From contig JADMJR010000069.1 in assembly GCA_018780365.1 (NCBI GenBank), positions 9,502-73,501 of the forward strand: 64,000 nucleotides of DNA. The letters are read 5' to 3'. How positions within the stretch are numbered: position 1 is the first letter of the stretch; every line of letters begins with the position of its first letter. This stretch comes from Acidovorax sp. (GTDB taxonomy: Bacteria; Pseudomonadota; Gammaproteobacteria; Burkholderiales; Burkholderiaceae_C). This document shows positions 1 to 10,676 of the stretch, in pieces. The notes below the pieces were generated by a model. That model was not told the DNA's origin and did not search any database. It was given only the letters and a program-made list of their open reading frames with translations. The position numbers and the translations under genes were made by a program.

Positions 1-3
1 CAT
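1..3 (-). CDS. Probable start codon of a gene running off the left edge (partial)
   Basis: Minus strand reads GGAGA-aacccc-ATG, an SD-like motif followed by ATG at 3..1. Confidence 0.45.
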
Positions 4-461
4 GGGGTTTCTCCAGGGAAAAAGGGTTGGGCGGAGGAAAACGCGAGCACCGCAGTCTAGTGCAGTGTTTCACACGGTGCAGCAGGTGGGAAAACCTGCG
101 GATTTGCCGCCCTGGTGAGGCACGAACCCCAGCGTGATCGGTGGGTATCGCGCAGACTTGCAGCAGCACCGGGGCGGCAAGGGCACGGTTTTATGTGCCC
201 CATGGCGTGAAACACTGCCCCCGGGGCCTATTCCGCCGGTTGGCAGCCCCACCCCGGTGGAGCCCCTTCGGAGGGCTGGCCGATGGGGTTCAACACGCCC
301 CTCGGGGTTTACCGCAGCGCTGCATTTTTCGGTTACCGGAAATCCGAGAGCGCTGCTAGACTTTCTGCGAACGGCCCGGCGTCTGCCGCGTGGCCGGCCC
401 CCTCATCCCCTTTGCAAGCCAGGTAACCCAGCCCTTTCGATCCTAGCGACTGCCTCATCGC

Positions 462-2852
462 ATGCACCGCACCACAACCCCCACCCTGCCCCGCGGACAC
501 CTGCTGGCGTTGCTGGTGGCGGGGTTGTGTGGAGCGGGCGGCCTGGCGCTGCTGGCCTGGGCACTGGCCAGCCGGTCCCTCGACCTGACCCTGCGCATGG
601 CGTCTACGGCTGCGGCCATCGGCCTGGTGGCCAGCGCGTTGTTGTCCTGGTGGCTGGCACGGCAGGCGCAGGCGCTGCGCGCAAGCACCCGCGAGGCCCA
701 GGCAGCAGCGCACCGCGCAGGCATCCAGCTGTCGGCCACCCTGGACATCCTCCCAGACGGGCTGGCCATCTATGACGCCGATGACCGCCTCGTGCTGTGT
801 AACGCCCAGTACCGGGAGGTGAACACCGGCACCTCGATGTCCCTCGACTACGGCACGCGGTTTGAGGATGTGCTGCGCCGCGCCGCCCGGTCGGGCCACA
901 TCGTTGCAGCCCGCCCCGACACCGAGAGCTGGCTGGCCCACCGCATGGCCCGGCACCGCTCGCCGGGCTTGCCCGAGGTGCAGGAAGTCGATGGCGACCG
1001 CTGGATGCAAATCACCGAGCGCCTGACCGACGCCGGGGGCGTGGTGGTGCTGCGCACCAACATCACCGACACCGTGCACAGGGAGCGTGCACTCAAACAG
1101 GCCCTGCACGACGCCGAACGCGCGGAGCGCAGCCTGCGTGAAGCGGTCAACGCCATGCCCGCCGGGCTGGAGATCTACGACGAGGACGACCGCCTGGTAC
1201 TGTGCAACGACCAGATGACACGCCTGCGCCCCCACCTGCCGGTGGCCGCCTCGCTGGGCAAAACCTACGAGGAACTGCTGCGCGAAGGCCTGCGCCATGG
1301 CATTCCCGCAGAAGCCAGTGGCCAGGAAGAGCTGTGGCTGGCGCATGAAATGGCCATCCGGGGCCACCGGCCCGGCCCCGAGGTGCGCCACTACCCCAGC
1401 GGAGCCTGGATGCATATGCACGAAAGCCGCACGCCGTCGGGCATGACGGTGTGTGTGCGCCTGGACATCAGCGACCTGATCGAGCAACGCCACAAGGTGG
1501 AGACGGCCCGCCAGGAGAGCCAGCGCATCCGGCAGTTGCTGGAGCGGGCGGTCGAAGCGTTGCCCGTCAGCATCGAGATCTTTGACGAACAGGACCGGCT
1601 GGTGCTGTTCAACCAGCAGCTGTCGCGCATGTACCCGCACATGAACTACGCGGAGCACCTGGGCAAGGGTTTTGCCGACATCCTGCGCTACTCGGTAGAA
1701 CGGGGCCTGATCCCCTCAGCCCAGGGCCGGGAAGAGGCCTGGATTGCCGAACGCCTCTCCGAACACGGCAGCCGGACATCGACCCTGGTACAGCGCCTGG
1801 CCGACGGGCGCTGGATCAACATCTACGAAACCCGCACCCCCGAGAACTACGTGGTGGCAGTGCGCCTGGACATCACCGACCTGATCGAGCAGCGCCAGGC
1901 CCTGGAAAGCGCCCAGGATGCCGCCCTGCAGGCGCGCGAGCTGCTGCAGGATGCCGTCGAGTCACTGCCGGAGGGCTTTGCGTTGTTCGATGCCGACGAC
2001 CGGCTGGTGGTGTGCAACGCCCAGTACCGCCGCCTATACCCCATCTCGGCCCCCATGATCGTGCCGGGCAACACCTTTGAGCAAATCGCCCGCTTTGGTG
2101 CCGAGCACGGCCAGTACCTGGATGCCGTGGGCAACCAGGAGGCCTGGGTCGCGCAGCGCGTGGCCGACCACCGCGCCGCCAACCATGCCGTGCTGCAGCG
2201 CCTGCCCGAGGGCCGCTGGCTGCAGGCCGACGAAAGGCGCACGCCCCAGGGCGGCATTGCCGGCGTGCGCACTGATGTGACCCAGCTGGTGCGCAAGGAG
2301 CAGGAACTGGCGGCCGCCAACGCCAAGCTGGCCCTGCTCTCCACCACCGACGGCGTGACCGGCATCGGCAACCGGCGCCGTTTTGACGACCGGCTGACCG
2401 CCGAGTGGATGCGCTGCGGCCGGCACCATCTGCCGCTGGCCGCGATCCTGATCGACATCGACCATTTCAAGCTCTACAACGACCACTATGGCCACCTGGC
2501 TGGCGACGAATGCCTGCGCCGCGTGGCCCAGCTGCTGCAAAGCAACATCCGCCGGGCAGACGAGGTGGCCGCGCGCTATGGCGGCGAGGAGTTCGTGCTG
2601 CTGCTGCCCGACACCCCTTTGGCCGACGCGGTGACGGTGGCGCAGCGCTGCATGGAAAGCCTGCGCACAGCGGCCCTGGCCCACCTGCGATCGCCCACCG
2701 CGCCGGTCATCACGCTCAGCATGGGCATTGCGAGTGTCGTGCCACACCCAGAGACCGGGTCTGACACCCTGGTGCAGGCAGCCGATGCAGCCCTGTACCG
2801 CGCCAAATACGGTGGCCGCAACCGCATTGAAGTGTTTGACCCGGGCCCATGA
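462..2852 (+). CDS. Membrane-anchored diguanylate cyclase with 4 tandem PAS-fold repeats
   Basis: Two N-terminal TM segments; four repeats of LP.G..(I/L)(Y/F)D.DDRLV.CN; C-terminal DGVTGIGNRR, DIDHFK.YND, RYGGEEF, AD.ALY.AK..GRN. Confidence 0.93.
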   Translation: MHRTTTPTLPRGHLLALLVAGLCGAGGLALLAWALASRSLDLTLRMASTAAAIGLVASALLSWWLARQAQALRASTREAQAAAHRAGIQLSATLDILPDGLAIYDADDRLVLCNAQYREVNTGTSMSLDYGTRFEDVLRRAARSGHIVAARPDTESWLAHRMARHRSPGLPEVQEVDGDRWMQITERLTDAGGVVVLRTNITDTVHRERALKQALHDAERAERSLREAVNAMPAGLEIYDEDDRLVLCNDQMTRLRPHLPVAASLGKTYEELLREGLRHGIPAEASGQEELWLAHEMAIRGHRPGPEVRHYPSGAWMHMHESRTPSGMTVCVRLDISDLIEQRHKVETARQESQRIRQLLERAVEALPVSIEIFDEQDRLVLFNQQLSRMYPHMNYAEHLGKGFADILRYSVERGLIPSAQGREEAWIAERLSEHGSRTSTLVQRLADGRWINIYETRTPENYVVAVRLDITDLIEQRQALESAQDAALQARELLQDAVESLPEGFALFDADDRLVVCNAQYRRLYPISAPMIVPGNTFEQIARFGAEHGQYLDAVGNQEAWVAQRVADHRAANHAVLQRLPEGRWLQADERRTPQGGIAGVRTDVTQLVRKEQELAAANAKLALLSTTDGVTGIGNRRRFDDRLTAEWMRCGRHHLPLAAILIDIDHFKLYNDHYGHLAGDECLRRVAQLLQSNIRRADEVAARYGGEEFVLLLPDTPLADAVTVAQRCMESLRTAALAHLRSPTAPVITLSMGIASVVPHPETGSDTLVQAADAALYRAKYGGRNRIEVFDPGP

Positions 2853-3171
2853 ACAGGCTGCGGCGCCGCAGACCGCAGGCCACAACGGGCACCTGCAGCG
2901 TTTTTGTGCACCGCTCAAAAACCGCCCCGTGTGGCCTTGTTCAACGCCTGCGCCCAGACGAGGGTGAAGCCGGTAGCGCCCATCACGGCCCCGGGCATCG
3001 AGGGCAGCGGCACGCGCTATGCCAGCACCAACCGCGCTGCCGGTGGGGACATGGGCGCATGGGCACCTGCAGGCCCTTGCTGCACTGGGTGTGCAAAAGC
3101 CCGCCATCCTGCGCCCCATGTGGGTGTGGCAAAGGCAGAGGCAGCCGCTCCTGCTCATGCACCTGGCACGA

Positions 3172-3237
3172 TTTTTTCAAAGAAAATGGCCTTCAGCGCG
3201 CTACCACAAATCACTTATAGCTATTAATTTAATAGCT
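3172..3237 (+). repeat. ~65-bp AT-rich REP/MITE-like repeat, copy 1
   Basis: TTTT..AAAATGGCCTTCAGCGC...AGCTAT-N7-ATAGC; aligns by eye with 19937 and 62975. Confidence 0.75.
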
Positions 3238-3297
3238 ACCTGAAAAATCACCCCGTGACCACCATCACCTTGCCCGCCCTTCGAAGCACCGGCACCG

Positions 3298-3930
3298 CTA
3301 CAGCGACATCGACGGCCGCGCTGCCATCGCCGCGCGCCAGCGCAGCAGGTGCGGGTGCTGCTCCCCCGGCTTATGTTTGACCACGCGCGCAAAATCCACC
3401 GCCACCACGGCCGTGATGTCAGCCACACTGAAGCGGTCGGTGGCAATGAAGTCGCGGCCTGCCAGGCGCTCGTTCAACAGGGCAAAAAACTGCGCCACCC
3501 GCACCAGCCCACGCTCGGCCAAGGCCGGGATCTGCGGGTAGTCCACCGCGCCCGGCAGCGCCCGGTTGGCCATGGCAGGCGCACTGTTGCGCAGCGCCTC
3601 GGCAATGGCCAGAAGGCCCTCGAATTCCATGCGCCAGTTCCAGCAGGCGATCTCGGCCTTCTCGGCGGGCGTCTCGCCCAGCAATGCCGGATGCGGATAC
3701 CGCGCCTCCACATACGCGGTGATCGCCGCGTTGTCTGTCAGCAGCAAACTGTCTTCGGTGCGCAGCGCAGGCACGGTGCACTGCGGGTTGATTTGGCGAT
3801 ACGCCTCGCTCAGTTGCTCGCCATTGCGCAGGTCCACCTGCACGGTGTCGTGGGCAACGCCTTTTTCTGCAAGCAGGATGCGCGCGCGGCGCGGGCTGGG
3901 CGCCGTAGCGCAGTCGTACAAAGTGATCAT
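3298..3930 (-). CDS. Glutathione S-transferase family protein
   Basis: APSPRR, INPQCTVPAL, FSVADI motifs; start placed at MITLYD (3930). Confidence 0.9.
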   Translation of the reverse strand: MITLYDCATAPSPRRARILLAEKGVAHDTVQVDLRNGEQLSEAYRQINPQCTVPALRTEDSLLLTDNAAITAYVEARYPHPALLGETPAEKAEIACWNWRMEFEGLLAIAEALRNSAPAMANRALPGAVDYPQIPALAERGLVRVAQFFALLNERLAGRDFIATDRFSVADITAVVAVDFARVVKHKPGEQHPHLLRWRAAMAARPSMSL

Positions 3931-3950
3931 GGCGGCGCCTTGCGAAACAC

Positions 3951-4862
3951 TCATCGGGCGGGTGACGACGAAGAAGAAGCCAACGCGGCAGCTTCGATCT
4001 TGTCCTGCGTCTTGTACTCAAAGTCGCTGGCGTCATGCCGCTCACGCAACTGGCTGGCCGGGTCACCGTTGACGCGATTCACCTTGCGCCCCCGCTGCAC
4101 CGCCGGGCGCTTGGCAATCTGGTCGGCCCAGCGCACCACATGCGTGTATTCGTGCACCTGCAAAAACTCGCCGGAGTTGTAAGCTTGGCCTTTGACCAGC
4201 AAGCCATACCAGGGCCAGATGGCGATGTCGGCCACCGTGTACTCGCTGCCAGCCACAAACTCGCTGACGGCCAAGCGCTCGTTGAGCACATCGAGCTGGC
4301 GCTTGGCCTCCATTGCGTACCGATCAATCGCGTACTCGATCTTGACCGGGGCATAGGCATAGAAATGCCCAAACCCGCCACCCACAAACGGCGCACTGCC
4401 CATCTGCCAGAACAGCCACGACAGACACTCGGCCCGCGCCGCGCCCTCTTTGGGCAAGAAGGCGCTACCAAACTTCTCCGCCAGGTACATCAGGATGGCG
4501 CCGGACTCGAACACCCGCACCGGGTTGGCGGGGTCCGTGCGGTCCAGCAGCGCCGGGATCTTGGAGTTGGGGTTCACAGAAACAAACCCACTACCAAACT
4601 GCTCCCCCTGGTTGATGCGGATCAGCCACGCGTCATACTCCGCCCCGCTGTGGTCCAGCGCCAGCAGCTCTTCCAGCATGACAGTCACTTTCACACCATT
4701 GGGCGTGCCCAGCGAATACAACTGCAGCGGATGGCGCCCTAAGGGCAGTTCCTTATCGTGCGTGGCACCGGCAATGGGCCGGTTGATGCTGGCGAACTGG
4801 CCGCCGTTTTCTTTATTCCATTGCCAGATGGCGGGGGGGGTGTAGGGGGTGGGTGTGGACAT
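3951..4862 (-). CDS. yghU: Glutathione-dependent disulfide-bond oxidoreductase (Nu-class GST)
   Basis: INRPIAGATH, LYSLGTPNG, NPNSKIPAL, FESGAIL, C-terminal LRERHDASDF. Confidence 0.93.
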   Translation of the reverse strand: MSTPTPYTPPAIWQWNKENGGQFASINRPIAGATHDKELPLGRHPLQLYSLGTPNGVKVTVMLEELLALDHSGAEYDAWLIRINQGEQFGSGFVSVNPNSKIPALLDRTDPANPVRVFESGAILMYLAEKFGSAFLPKEGAARAECLSWLFWQMGSAPFVGGGFGHFYAYAPVKIEYAIDRYAMEAKRQLDVLNERLAVSEFVAGSEYTVADIAIWPWYGLLVKGQAYNSGEFLQVHEYTHVVRWADQIAKRPAVQRGRKVNRVNGDPASQLRERHDASDFEYKTQDKIEAAALASSSSSPAR

Positions 4863-5131
4863 GCGGGCTCCAGGCCAATAAATCGAAACTAGCGGAGTTG
4901 CTAGCGCTTACCACATGAGTCTAGCGATGCGGTTAATTCGCTGCTGGGCTGGAGTAGATGTCCTGCAGAGATGTCTATCTCCAAGACTGAGATGACAGGG
5001 CTTCATCTAGAGAGCGCATCCGGATCGGACACGTGGCTGACCACAATCCAGTTGCTTCTGTTGCCAAACCTGGAAGCCGTGAGAGGCGTATCTCGGCCGG
5101 AGGTCGCCGGTTGCAGCAACTGAAAACGGCC

Positions 5132-5199
5132 CCTCAACGCTTGATGTGAGAAGCGCCGGCCAGCTTACTGGGCAGCGCCTATCGACGGGAGGGTTGGGC
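5132..5199 (-). mobile_element. attC-like integron recombination site (slightly degenerate)
   Basis: Minus strand: R'' GCCCAAC, 5-nt spacer, arm GT[C]GATAGGCGCTG pairing with CGGCGCTTCTCAC with one unpaired base, apical CCAG-TAAG-CTGG, then R' GTTGAGG; begins 10 nt after the ATPase stop. Confidence 0.7.
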
Positions 5200-5209
5200 T
5201 TCATTCCGC

Positions 5210-5959
5210 TCAGCGCTCCATCAGCGTGCGCAGCACACGTTTTGGATCTGCAAGAAAGTTTCTGGTGACTTGAAAATGCTCGGTGTCTTCGTATGCGACC
5301 TGTGAGACACCTTCTTTGCTACAGAGATAAATGACCGAGTCTGGATACGCCATGAGGATAGGCGAATGGGTGGCGATGATGAACTGAGAGTGGTCCAGGA
5401 CGAGGTCATGTATTCGTGCCAAAACAGCGAGCTGTCGCTGCGGAGACAAGGCTGCTTCTGGTTCGTCAAGGATGTAGATGCCCTGGCCTCCGAAGCGCTC
5501 CGTCATGAGCGCCAGGAATGACTCGCCGTGTGATTGCTCATGCAATGACCGACCACCATAAGAGTTGATTATTGGGGGCGCGGGAGCTGGCTCGGCATCG
5601 AGATTTTCGATTTCCGTTGCGACGTTGAAGAAGCTTTCTGCCCGCAGGAAAAACCCATCTCGAGGTCGCCTAAACCCCTTCGCGATGCGCAGGAATTCAT
5701 GAAGTTCCGAATGCGATCGTCTCGTGCCGAAGCGGAAATTTTTGGTTCCACCTTCCGCATTGAAGCCGAGAGACACGGCAATAGCTTCAAGCAGAGTTGA
5801 TTTGCCAGAACCGTTTTCGCCAACGAAGTAGGTCACCTTCGGATGGAGATCAATGCTCTCAAGCGAATGCACTGCTGGGAGACAGAACGGATATCGATCA
5901 AATGAATCGACCTTGTCTCGGCGCAATGTGATGCGACTGACGTACTGAGACGAAATCAT
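5210..5959 (-). CDS. AAA/ABC-like ATPase (COG3910-type), atypical codon usage
   Basis: Walker A GENGSGKST, FFLRAESF, SHGESF, Walker B LDEPEAALSP, IATHSP; lower GC than flanks; start at MISSQY. Confidence 0.88.
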   Translation of the reverse strand: MISSQYVSRITLRRDKVDSFDRYPFCLPAVHSLESIDLHPKVTYFVGENGSGKSTLLEAIAVSLGFNAEGGTKNFRFGTRRSHSELHEFLRIAKGFRRPRDGFFLRAESFFNVATEIENLDAEPAPAPPIINSYGGRSLHEQSHGESFLALMTERFGGQGIYILDEPEAALSPQRQLAVLARIHDLVLDHSQFIIATHSPILMAYPDSVIYLCSKEGVSQVAYEDTEHFQVTRNFLADPKRVLRTLMER

Positions 5960-6160
5960 GACAACCAACGTAATGTGCGCAACACAACCTGCGGGATAAA
6001 CCGTCCCGAGCAAAGTATTCCGGACACTGATTCCTCCTACTTATGGCTTCGTTAGCGCCACACATTTGTTCCGAGACGGGAGCAGCCAGTTTGTGAATAT
6101 GTGACTGCGCTCGTAAGTAGCGCTTGCAGTCGCTTGCGGACCTTGCTTGCTAGAGCAAGC

Positions 6161-8959
6161 TCAATGCGCCTTATCCCAATTAGCCCCCACCCCCACCTCC
6201 GCCAGCAACGGCACCTTCAGCGCCGCCACCTCCGCCATCAAGCGCGGGATGTGGGTCTTGAGCCAGTCCACCTCGCCCTCGGGCAGCTCGAACACCAGTT
6301 CGTCGTGCACCTGCATGATCATTTGGATGTTGGGCTTGTGCGCGTCCAGTTCCTTCTGAACCGCCACCATCGCCAGCTTGATGAGATCGGCCGCCGTACC
6401 TTGCATAGGAGCGTTGATGGCTGCGCGTTCGGCCCCGGCACGGCGGGGGCCGTTGGGTGAGTTGATTTCGGGCAGGTACAGGCGTCGGCCAAACACAGTC
6501 TCCACATAGCCCATGGATTTGGCGGCGGCCTTGGTGTCGTCCATGTACTGCTTCACGCCGGGGTAGCGCTGGAAGTATTTGTCGATGTACGCGGCTGCGG
6601 CCTTGGTTTCGATGCCGAGGTTCTTGGCCAGGCCAAAGCTGCTCATGCCGTAGATGAGGCCAAAGTTGATGACCTTGGCGTAGCGGCGTTGCTCGCTGGT
6701 GACCTGGTCGACCTCCACCCCAAACACCTCGGCGGCGGTGGCGCGGTGCACGTCCAGCCCGGCGTGGAAAGCGTGCAGCAGCGAGTGGTCGCCGCTCAGG
6801 TGGGCCATGATGCGCAGCTCGATCTGAGAATAGTCGGCGCTGGCGATCACGCGGCCTGCGGGGGCCACGAAGGCCTCGCGCACGCGGCGGCCTTCGGGGG
6901 TGCGGATGGGGATGTTCTGCAGGTTGGGGTCGTTGCTGGACAAGCGGCCTGTGACGGCCACGGCCTGTGCGTAGTGGGTGTGCACGCGGCCGGTGCGTGG
7001 CAGCGCCAGCTGGGCCAGCTTGTCGGTGTAGGTGCCTTTGAGCTTGACCAGGCCCCGGTGCTCCAGCAGCTTGGCGGGCAGGGGGTAGTCTTCGGCCAGT
7101 TTTTCCAGCACTTCTTCGTCGGTGCTGCGCGCGCCGGTGGCGGTTTTCTTGACCACGGGCATGCCCAGCTTGTCGAAGAAAATTTCGCCGAGCTGCTTGG
7201 GGCTGCTCAGGTTGAAGGGCTGGCCTGCGATCTCATACGCCTCGGTCTCCAGCTGCAAGATGCGCTGGCCCAGCTCGTGGCTCTGGTTGGCCAGTGTGGG
7301 CGCGTCGATGAGCACGCCGTTGCGTTCGATGCGGTACAGGGCCTCGCTGCTTTGCATCTCCAGCTCGTAGATGAAGCGCAGTTTGTCATCCGCCTGCAGC
7401 AGGGGCCACAGGGCGTTGTGCACGTCCAGGGTCTGGTCGGAGTCTTCGCACGAATAGGCGGCGGCTTTGTCCACGGGCACTTGCGCAAACGGGATCTGGT
7501 GCGCGCCTTTGCCGCACAGGTCTTCGTAGGTGATGCCTTTGCGGCCGGTGTGGCGCTCGGCCAGGCTGGTCAGGTTGTGGGGCTTGTGCACTTCGAGCAC
7601 GTAGCTTTGCAGCATGGTGTCGTGCGCGTAGCCCTGCACCTCGATGCCGTGGTTGGCGAACACATGGCGGTCGTATTTGATGTGCTGGCCCAGCTTGTGG
7701 TGCTTGGGGTCTTCCAGCCAAGGCTTGAGGCGGGCGAGCACTTCATCCAACGGCAGTTGCGCGGGCGCGTCGGGGCCTTCGTGGCGCAGGGGGATGTAGG
7801 CGGCCTCGCCTGCTTGCACGCTGAAAGAGATGCCGACGATTTGCGCGCGCATTTCGTCGAGAGAGTCGGTTTCGGTGTCGATGGCCGCCAGCGGGGCTTT
7901 GTGCAGGCGCTCCAGCCACTGGTCAAAGTCGGCCCAGTTGAGGATGGTGTCGTACACCACGGTGCGGTGCTGGGCTTCTTCGGCCACGGTGCTGGCCGAG
8001 TGGTCGGCAAACAGATCGCCGCTTTGGCCGGGCATGGCGACGGTGGGAGCTGCGGTGGCGGGGGCCGCTGCACCCTTGATCGCGCTGGCCAGGCCCTTGA
8101 AGCCATATTTTTCGTAAAACGGCAGCAAGCCGGTGTTGTCCGGCGCGTCCAGAGTGATGTCGTCAAACGCGGGCAAACCGGGGATGTGGTCGGCCAGCGC
8201 GCAATCGGTCTTCATGGTGACCAGCTGACGGCTCAGTGCCAGCTGACCGCTGGCAATCGCCTCACGCAGGTTGTTGCCCGCCACGCCCTTGATGGCGTCG
8301 GCGTTGGCAATCAGGTTGTCGAGCGAGCCATATTCTTCCAGCCACTTGGCGGCCGTTTTGGGCCCTACCTTGGTCACGCCGGGCACGTTGTCCACGGTAT
8401 CGCCCACCAGCGCCTGGTAGTCCACCATCAGTGCGGGCGGCACGCCAAACTCTGCCGTCACGCCCACCACATCGCGGCGCTTGCCGCTCATGGTGTCGAT
8501 GATGGTGATGTGCTCGTTGACCAGTTGGCTCAAATCCTTGTCGCCACTGGACACAATGACCTCAATGCTCTGTGCGGCCGCCACGTAGGCCAAGGTGGCG
8601 ATCACGTCGTCGGCCTCCACGCCGGGCACGGCCACCACCTTCCAGCCCAGCAGGTCCACCACCTGGTGGATGGGCTCGATCTGGCTGCGCAGGTCGTCGG
8701 GCATGGGCGAGCGCGTGGCCTTGTATTCGGTGTAAAGGGCATCGCGGAAGGTGGGGCCCGAGGCGTCGAACACGCAGACGGCGTAGTCGGCAAGCACCTC
8801 TTTGCGCAGCGCCTGCATCATGTTGATCATGCCGCGGATGGCGCCCGTGGCGGCACTGGTCATGTCGCCGGGAACGGCCCGCAGGTCGGGCATGGCGTGG
8901 AAGGCGCGGTAGAGGTAGCTGGAGCCGTCCACCAGCACCAGGGTCTTTTTGTCAGTCAT
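6161..8959 (-). CDS. polA: DNA polymerase I
   Basis: [14 protein letters not shown] (5'-3' exo), DTET (3'-5' exo), [28 protein letters not shown]. Confidence 0.98.
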   Translation of the reverse strand: MTDKKTLVLVDGSSYLYRAFHAMPDLRAVPGDMTSAATGAIRGMINMMQALRKEVLADYAVCVFDASGPTFRDALYTEYKATRSPMPDDLRSQIEPIHQVVDLLGWKVVAVPGVEADDVIATLAYVAAAQSIEVIVSSGDKDLSQLVNEHITIIDTMSGKRRDVVGVTAEFGVPPALMVDYQALVGDTVDNVPGVTKVGPKTAAKWLEEYGSLDNLIANADAIKGVAGNNLREAIASGQLALSRQLVTMKTDCALADHIPGLPAFDDITLDAPDNTGLLPFYEKYGFKGLASAIKGAAAPATAAPTVAMPGQSGDLFADHSASTVAEEAQHRTVVYDTILNWADFDQWLERLHKAPLAAIDTETDSLDEMRAQIVGISFSVQAGEAAYIPLRHEGPDAPAQLPLDEVLARLKPWLEDPKHHKLGQHIKYDRHVFANHGIEVQGYAHDTMLQSYVLEVHKPHNLTSLAERHTGRKGITYEDLCGKGAHQIPFAQVPVDKAAAYSCEDSDQTLDVHNALWPLLQADDKLRFIYELEMQSSEALYRIERNGVLIDAPTLANQSHELGQRILQLETEAYEIAGQPFNLSSPKQLGEIFFDKLGMPVVKKTATGARSTDEEVLEKLAEDYPLPAKLLEHRGLVKLKGTYTDKLAQLALPRTGRVHTHYAQAVAVTGRLSSNDPNLQNIPIRTPEGRRVREAFVAPAGRVIASADYSQIELRIMAHLSGDHSLLHAFHAGLDVHRATAAEVFGVEVDQVTSEQRRYAKVINFGLIYGMSSFGLAKNLGIETKAAAAYIDKYFQRYPGVKQYMDDTKAAAKSMGYVETVFGRRLYLPEINSPNGPRRAGAERAAINAPMQGTAADLIKLAMVAVQKELDAHKPNIQMIMQVHDELVFELPEGEVDWLKTHIPRLMAEVAALKVPLLAEVGVGANWDKAH

Positions 8960-9023
8960 GCGGCAATTGTGCACGGCCGGGCCACGCCACGGCGCCTGCC
9001 AGGCAGCGCTCTACAATCGCCCC

Positions 9024-9383
9024 ATGCGCGCTGTTCACCTCCTTTTGCTGCTGGGCATGGCCTCCGGCACCGTCTTTGCCCAAACTTCAAGCCAAAACGC
9101 CCAGCAGGGCGCTACAGACAAGCGTGAAGCGCTCTCAAATGCAGAGCAACCCTCGGGCCGCACCAACCAGCGCACCGAGCGCATCCAGGTCGAAGACGCG
9201 GGCAGCCGGGTGGATGAGCTGCGCGTTGGCGGCCAAACGCAGACGATTTCCGTGCAGCCCAAGGCCGGGAATCTTCCGGGCTACGAAGTGCAGTCGCCCG
9301 ATGGTGCCCGCAGCCGTGCAGGCAGCAACAGCGGCGCCGAAACCACCACGGCACCCCGCGTCTGGAACGTGCTCAAGTTCTGA
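9024..9383 (+). CDS. Small exported protein, DUF2782-like
   Basis: Signal peptide [14 protein letters not shown]; [17 protein letters not shown]; C-terminal W; lies between polA and thrB. Confidence 0.7.
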   Translation: MRAVHLLLLLGMASGTVFAQTSSQNAQQGATDKREALSNAEQPSGRTNQRTERIQVEDAGSRVDELRVGGQTQTISVQPKAGNLPGYEVQSPDGARSRAGSNSGAETTTAPRVWNVLKF

Positions 9384-9477
9384 GCCCAGGACTGCAGCGC
9401 ACCACCGCTGCACCCAGCACCGCCGCGTCTTCTCGCGCCCGCCACTTTTTCCCTCATTTTTCGACACCTTCCGAGCG

Positions 9478-10428
9478 ATGGCCGTTTTTACCGAAGTCTC
9501 CAACACCGAGGCGCGCGAGCTGCTGCGCCGTTTGCAACTGGGTGAGCTGGTAGAGCTGCGCGGCATCGAGGGTGGCATCGAGAACACCAACTACTTTCTC
9601 ACCAGCGACCAGGGCGCGTTCGTGCTCACGCTGTTCGAGCGCCTCACGGCCGAGCAGTTGCCGTTCTACCTGTACCTGATGAAGCACCTGGCGCACGGTG
9701 GCGTGCCCGTGCCCGACCCGCGCGCCGACAAGAACGGCGACATCCTGCACACCGTGTGTGGCAAGCCCGCTGCGGTGGTGAACAAGCTGCGCGGCAAGAG
9801 CCAGCTGGCACCCCAGGGCGCGCACTGCGCTGCCGTGGGTACCATGCTGGCGCGCATGCACCTGGCGGGGCGCGACTACGAACGCCGCCAGCCCAACCTG
9901 CGCGGCCTGCCCTGGTGGAACGAGACCGTGCCCGTGGTGCTGCCCCACATCAGCGCGGCGCAGTCGGTCCTGCTGCGCTCCGAGCTGGCCTACCAGAACC
10001 ATGTGGCCGCAGGCTCCGCCTATGCGGCCCTGCCGCGTGGCCCGGTGCATGCCGACCTGTTCCGCGACAACGTGATGTTCGACGGCGAAGAGCTCACGGG
10101 CTTCTTCGACTTCTACTTTGCCGGCGTGGACACCTGGCTGTTCGACCTGGCCGTGTGCCTGAACGACTGGTGCATCGACTTGGGCCAAGGCACCCACGAT
10201 GCCGAGCGCGCCACCCGCATGCTGGATGCCTACCAGGCGGTGCGCCCCCTCACGGCGGCCGAGCGCGAACTGCTCCCCGCCATGCTGCGCGCAGGCGCGC
10301 TGCGGTTCTGGATCTCGCGCCTGTGGGATTACCACCTGCCGCGCGAGGCCTCCATGCTCACGCCACACGACCCCACCCACTTTGAGCGCGTGCTCCAGGG
10401 CCGGATTGCACAGCCCGTGCACGCTTGA
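9478..10428 (+). CDS. thrB: Homoserine kinase (APH-type)
   Basis: [43 protein letters not shown]. Confidence 0.95.
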   Translation: MAVFTEVSNTEARELLRRLQLGELVELRGIEGGIENTNYFLTSDQGAFVLTLFERLTAEQLPFYLYLMKHLAHGGVPVPDPRADKNGDILHTVCGKPAAVVNKLRGKSQLAPQGAHCAAVGTMLARMHLAGRDYERRQPNLRGLPWWNETVPVVLPHISAAQSVLLRSELAYQNHVAAGSAYAALPRGPVHADLFRDNVMFDGEELTGFFDFYFAGVDTWLFDLAVCLNDWCIDLGQGTHDAERATRMLDAYQAVRPLTAAERELLPAMLRAGALRFWISRLWDYHLPREASMLTPHDPTHFERVLQGRIAQPVHA

Positions 10429-10676
10429 CGCGCCCCCCCTCAGCCGCCTTTGCTGCGGGCGCCCCTCGCTCCGTGCCTCTCGCCTGGGCCGTCCACACCG
10501 TTCCCTGGTGCCGACCCAGGCACAGACACCCTCTGGCCCGCCGTGGCTGATCCCTTGCGCCGCCGCCGGAATGGGCCGCTGGGGTAAATTCCACGCTATT
10601 GCACTCCCAGTGGCAGCGCTCCGGCGGCCCGCAGTGCCCGGGCGCAAGCCCCACCTTTCTTCTCTCTAGCACCCTC

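Noticed and set aside
2853-3170. Short ORFs between the cyclase and GST genes
   Set aside because: No SD, no recognisable domain and conflicting frames; a decayed gene cannot be excluded but is unsupported.
3164-3178. TGGCACGATTTTTTC resembling a sigma54 -24/-12 promoter
   Set aside because: The -12 GC is absent and no plus-strand gene follows.
5007-5204. 65-aa ORF downstream of the ATPase
   Set aside because: It runs through the attC-like palindrome and has no coding signature.
6689-9127. 812-aa antisense ORF over polA (likewise 12158-14737, 20444-23308, 44392-46383, 55014-57023)
   Set aside because: Shadow ORFs expected opposite high-GC3 genes; no recognisable motifs and they mirror well-supported genes.
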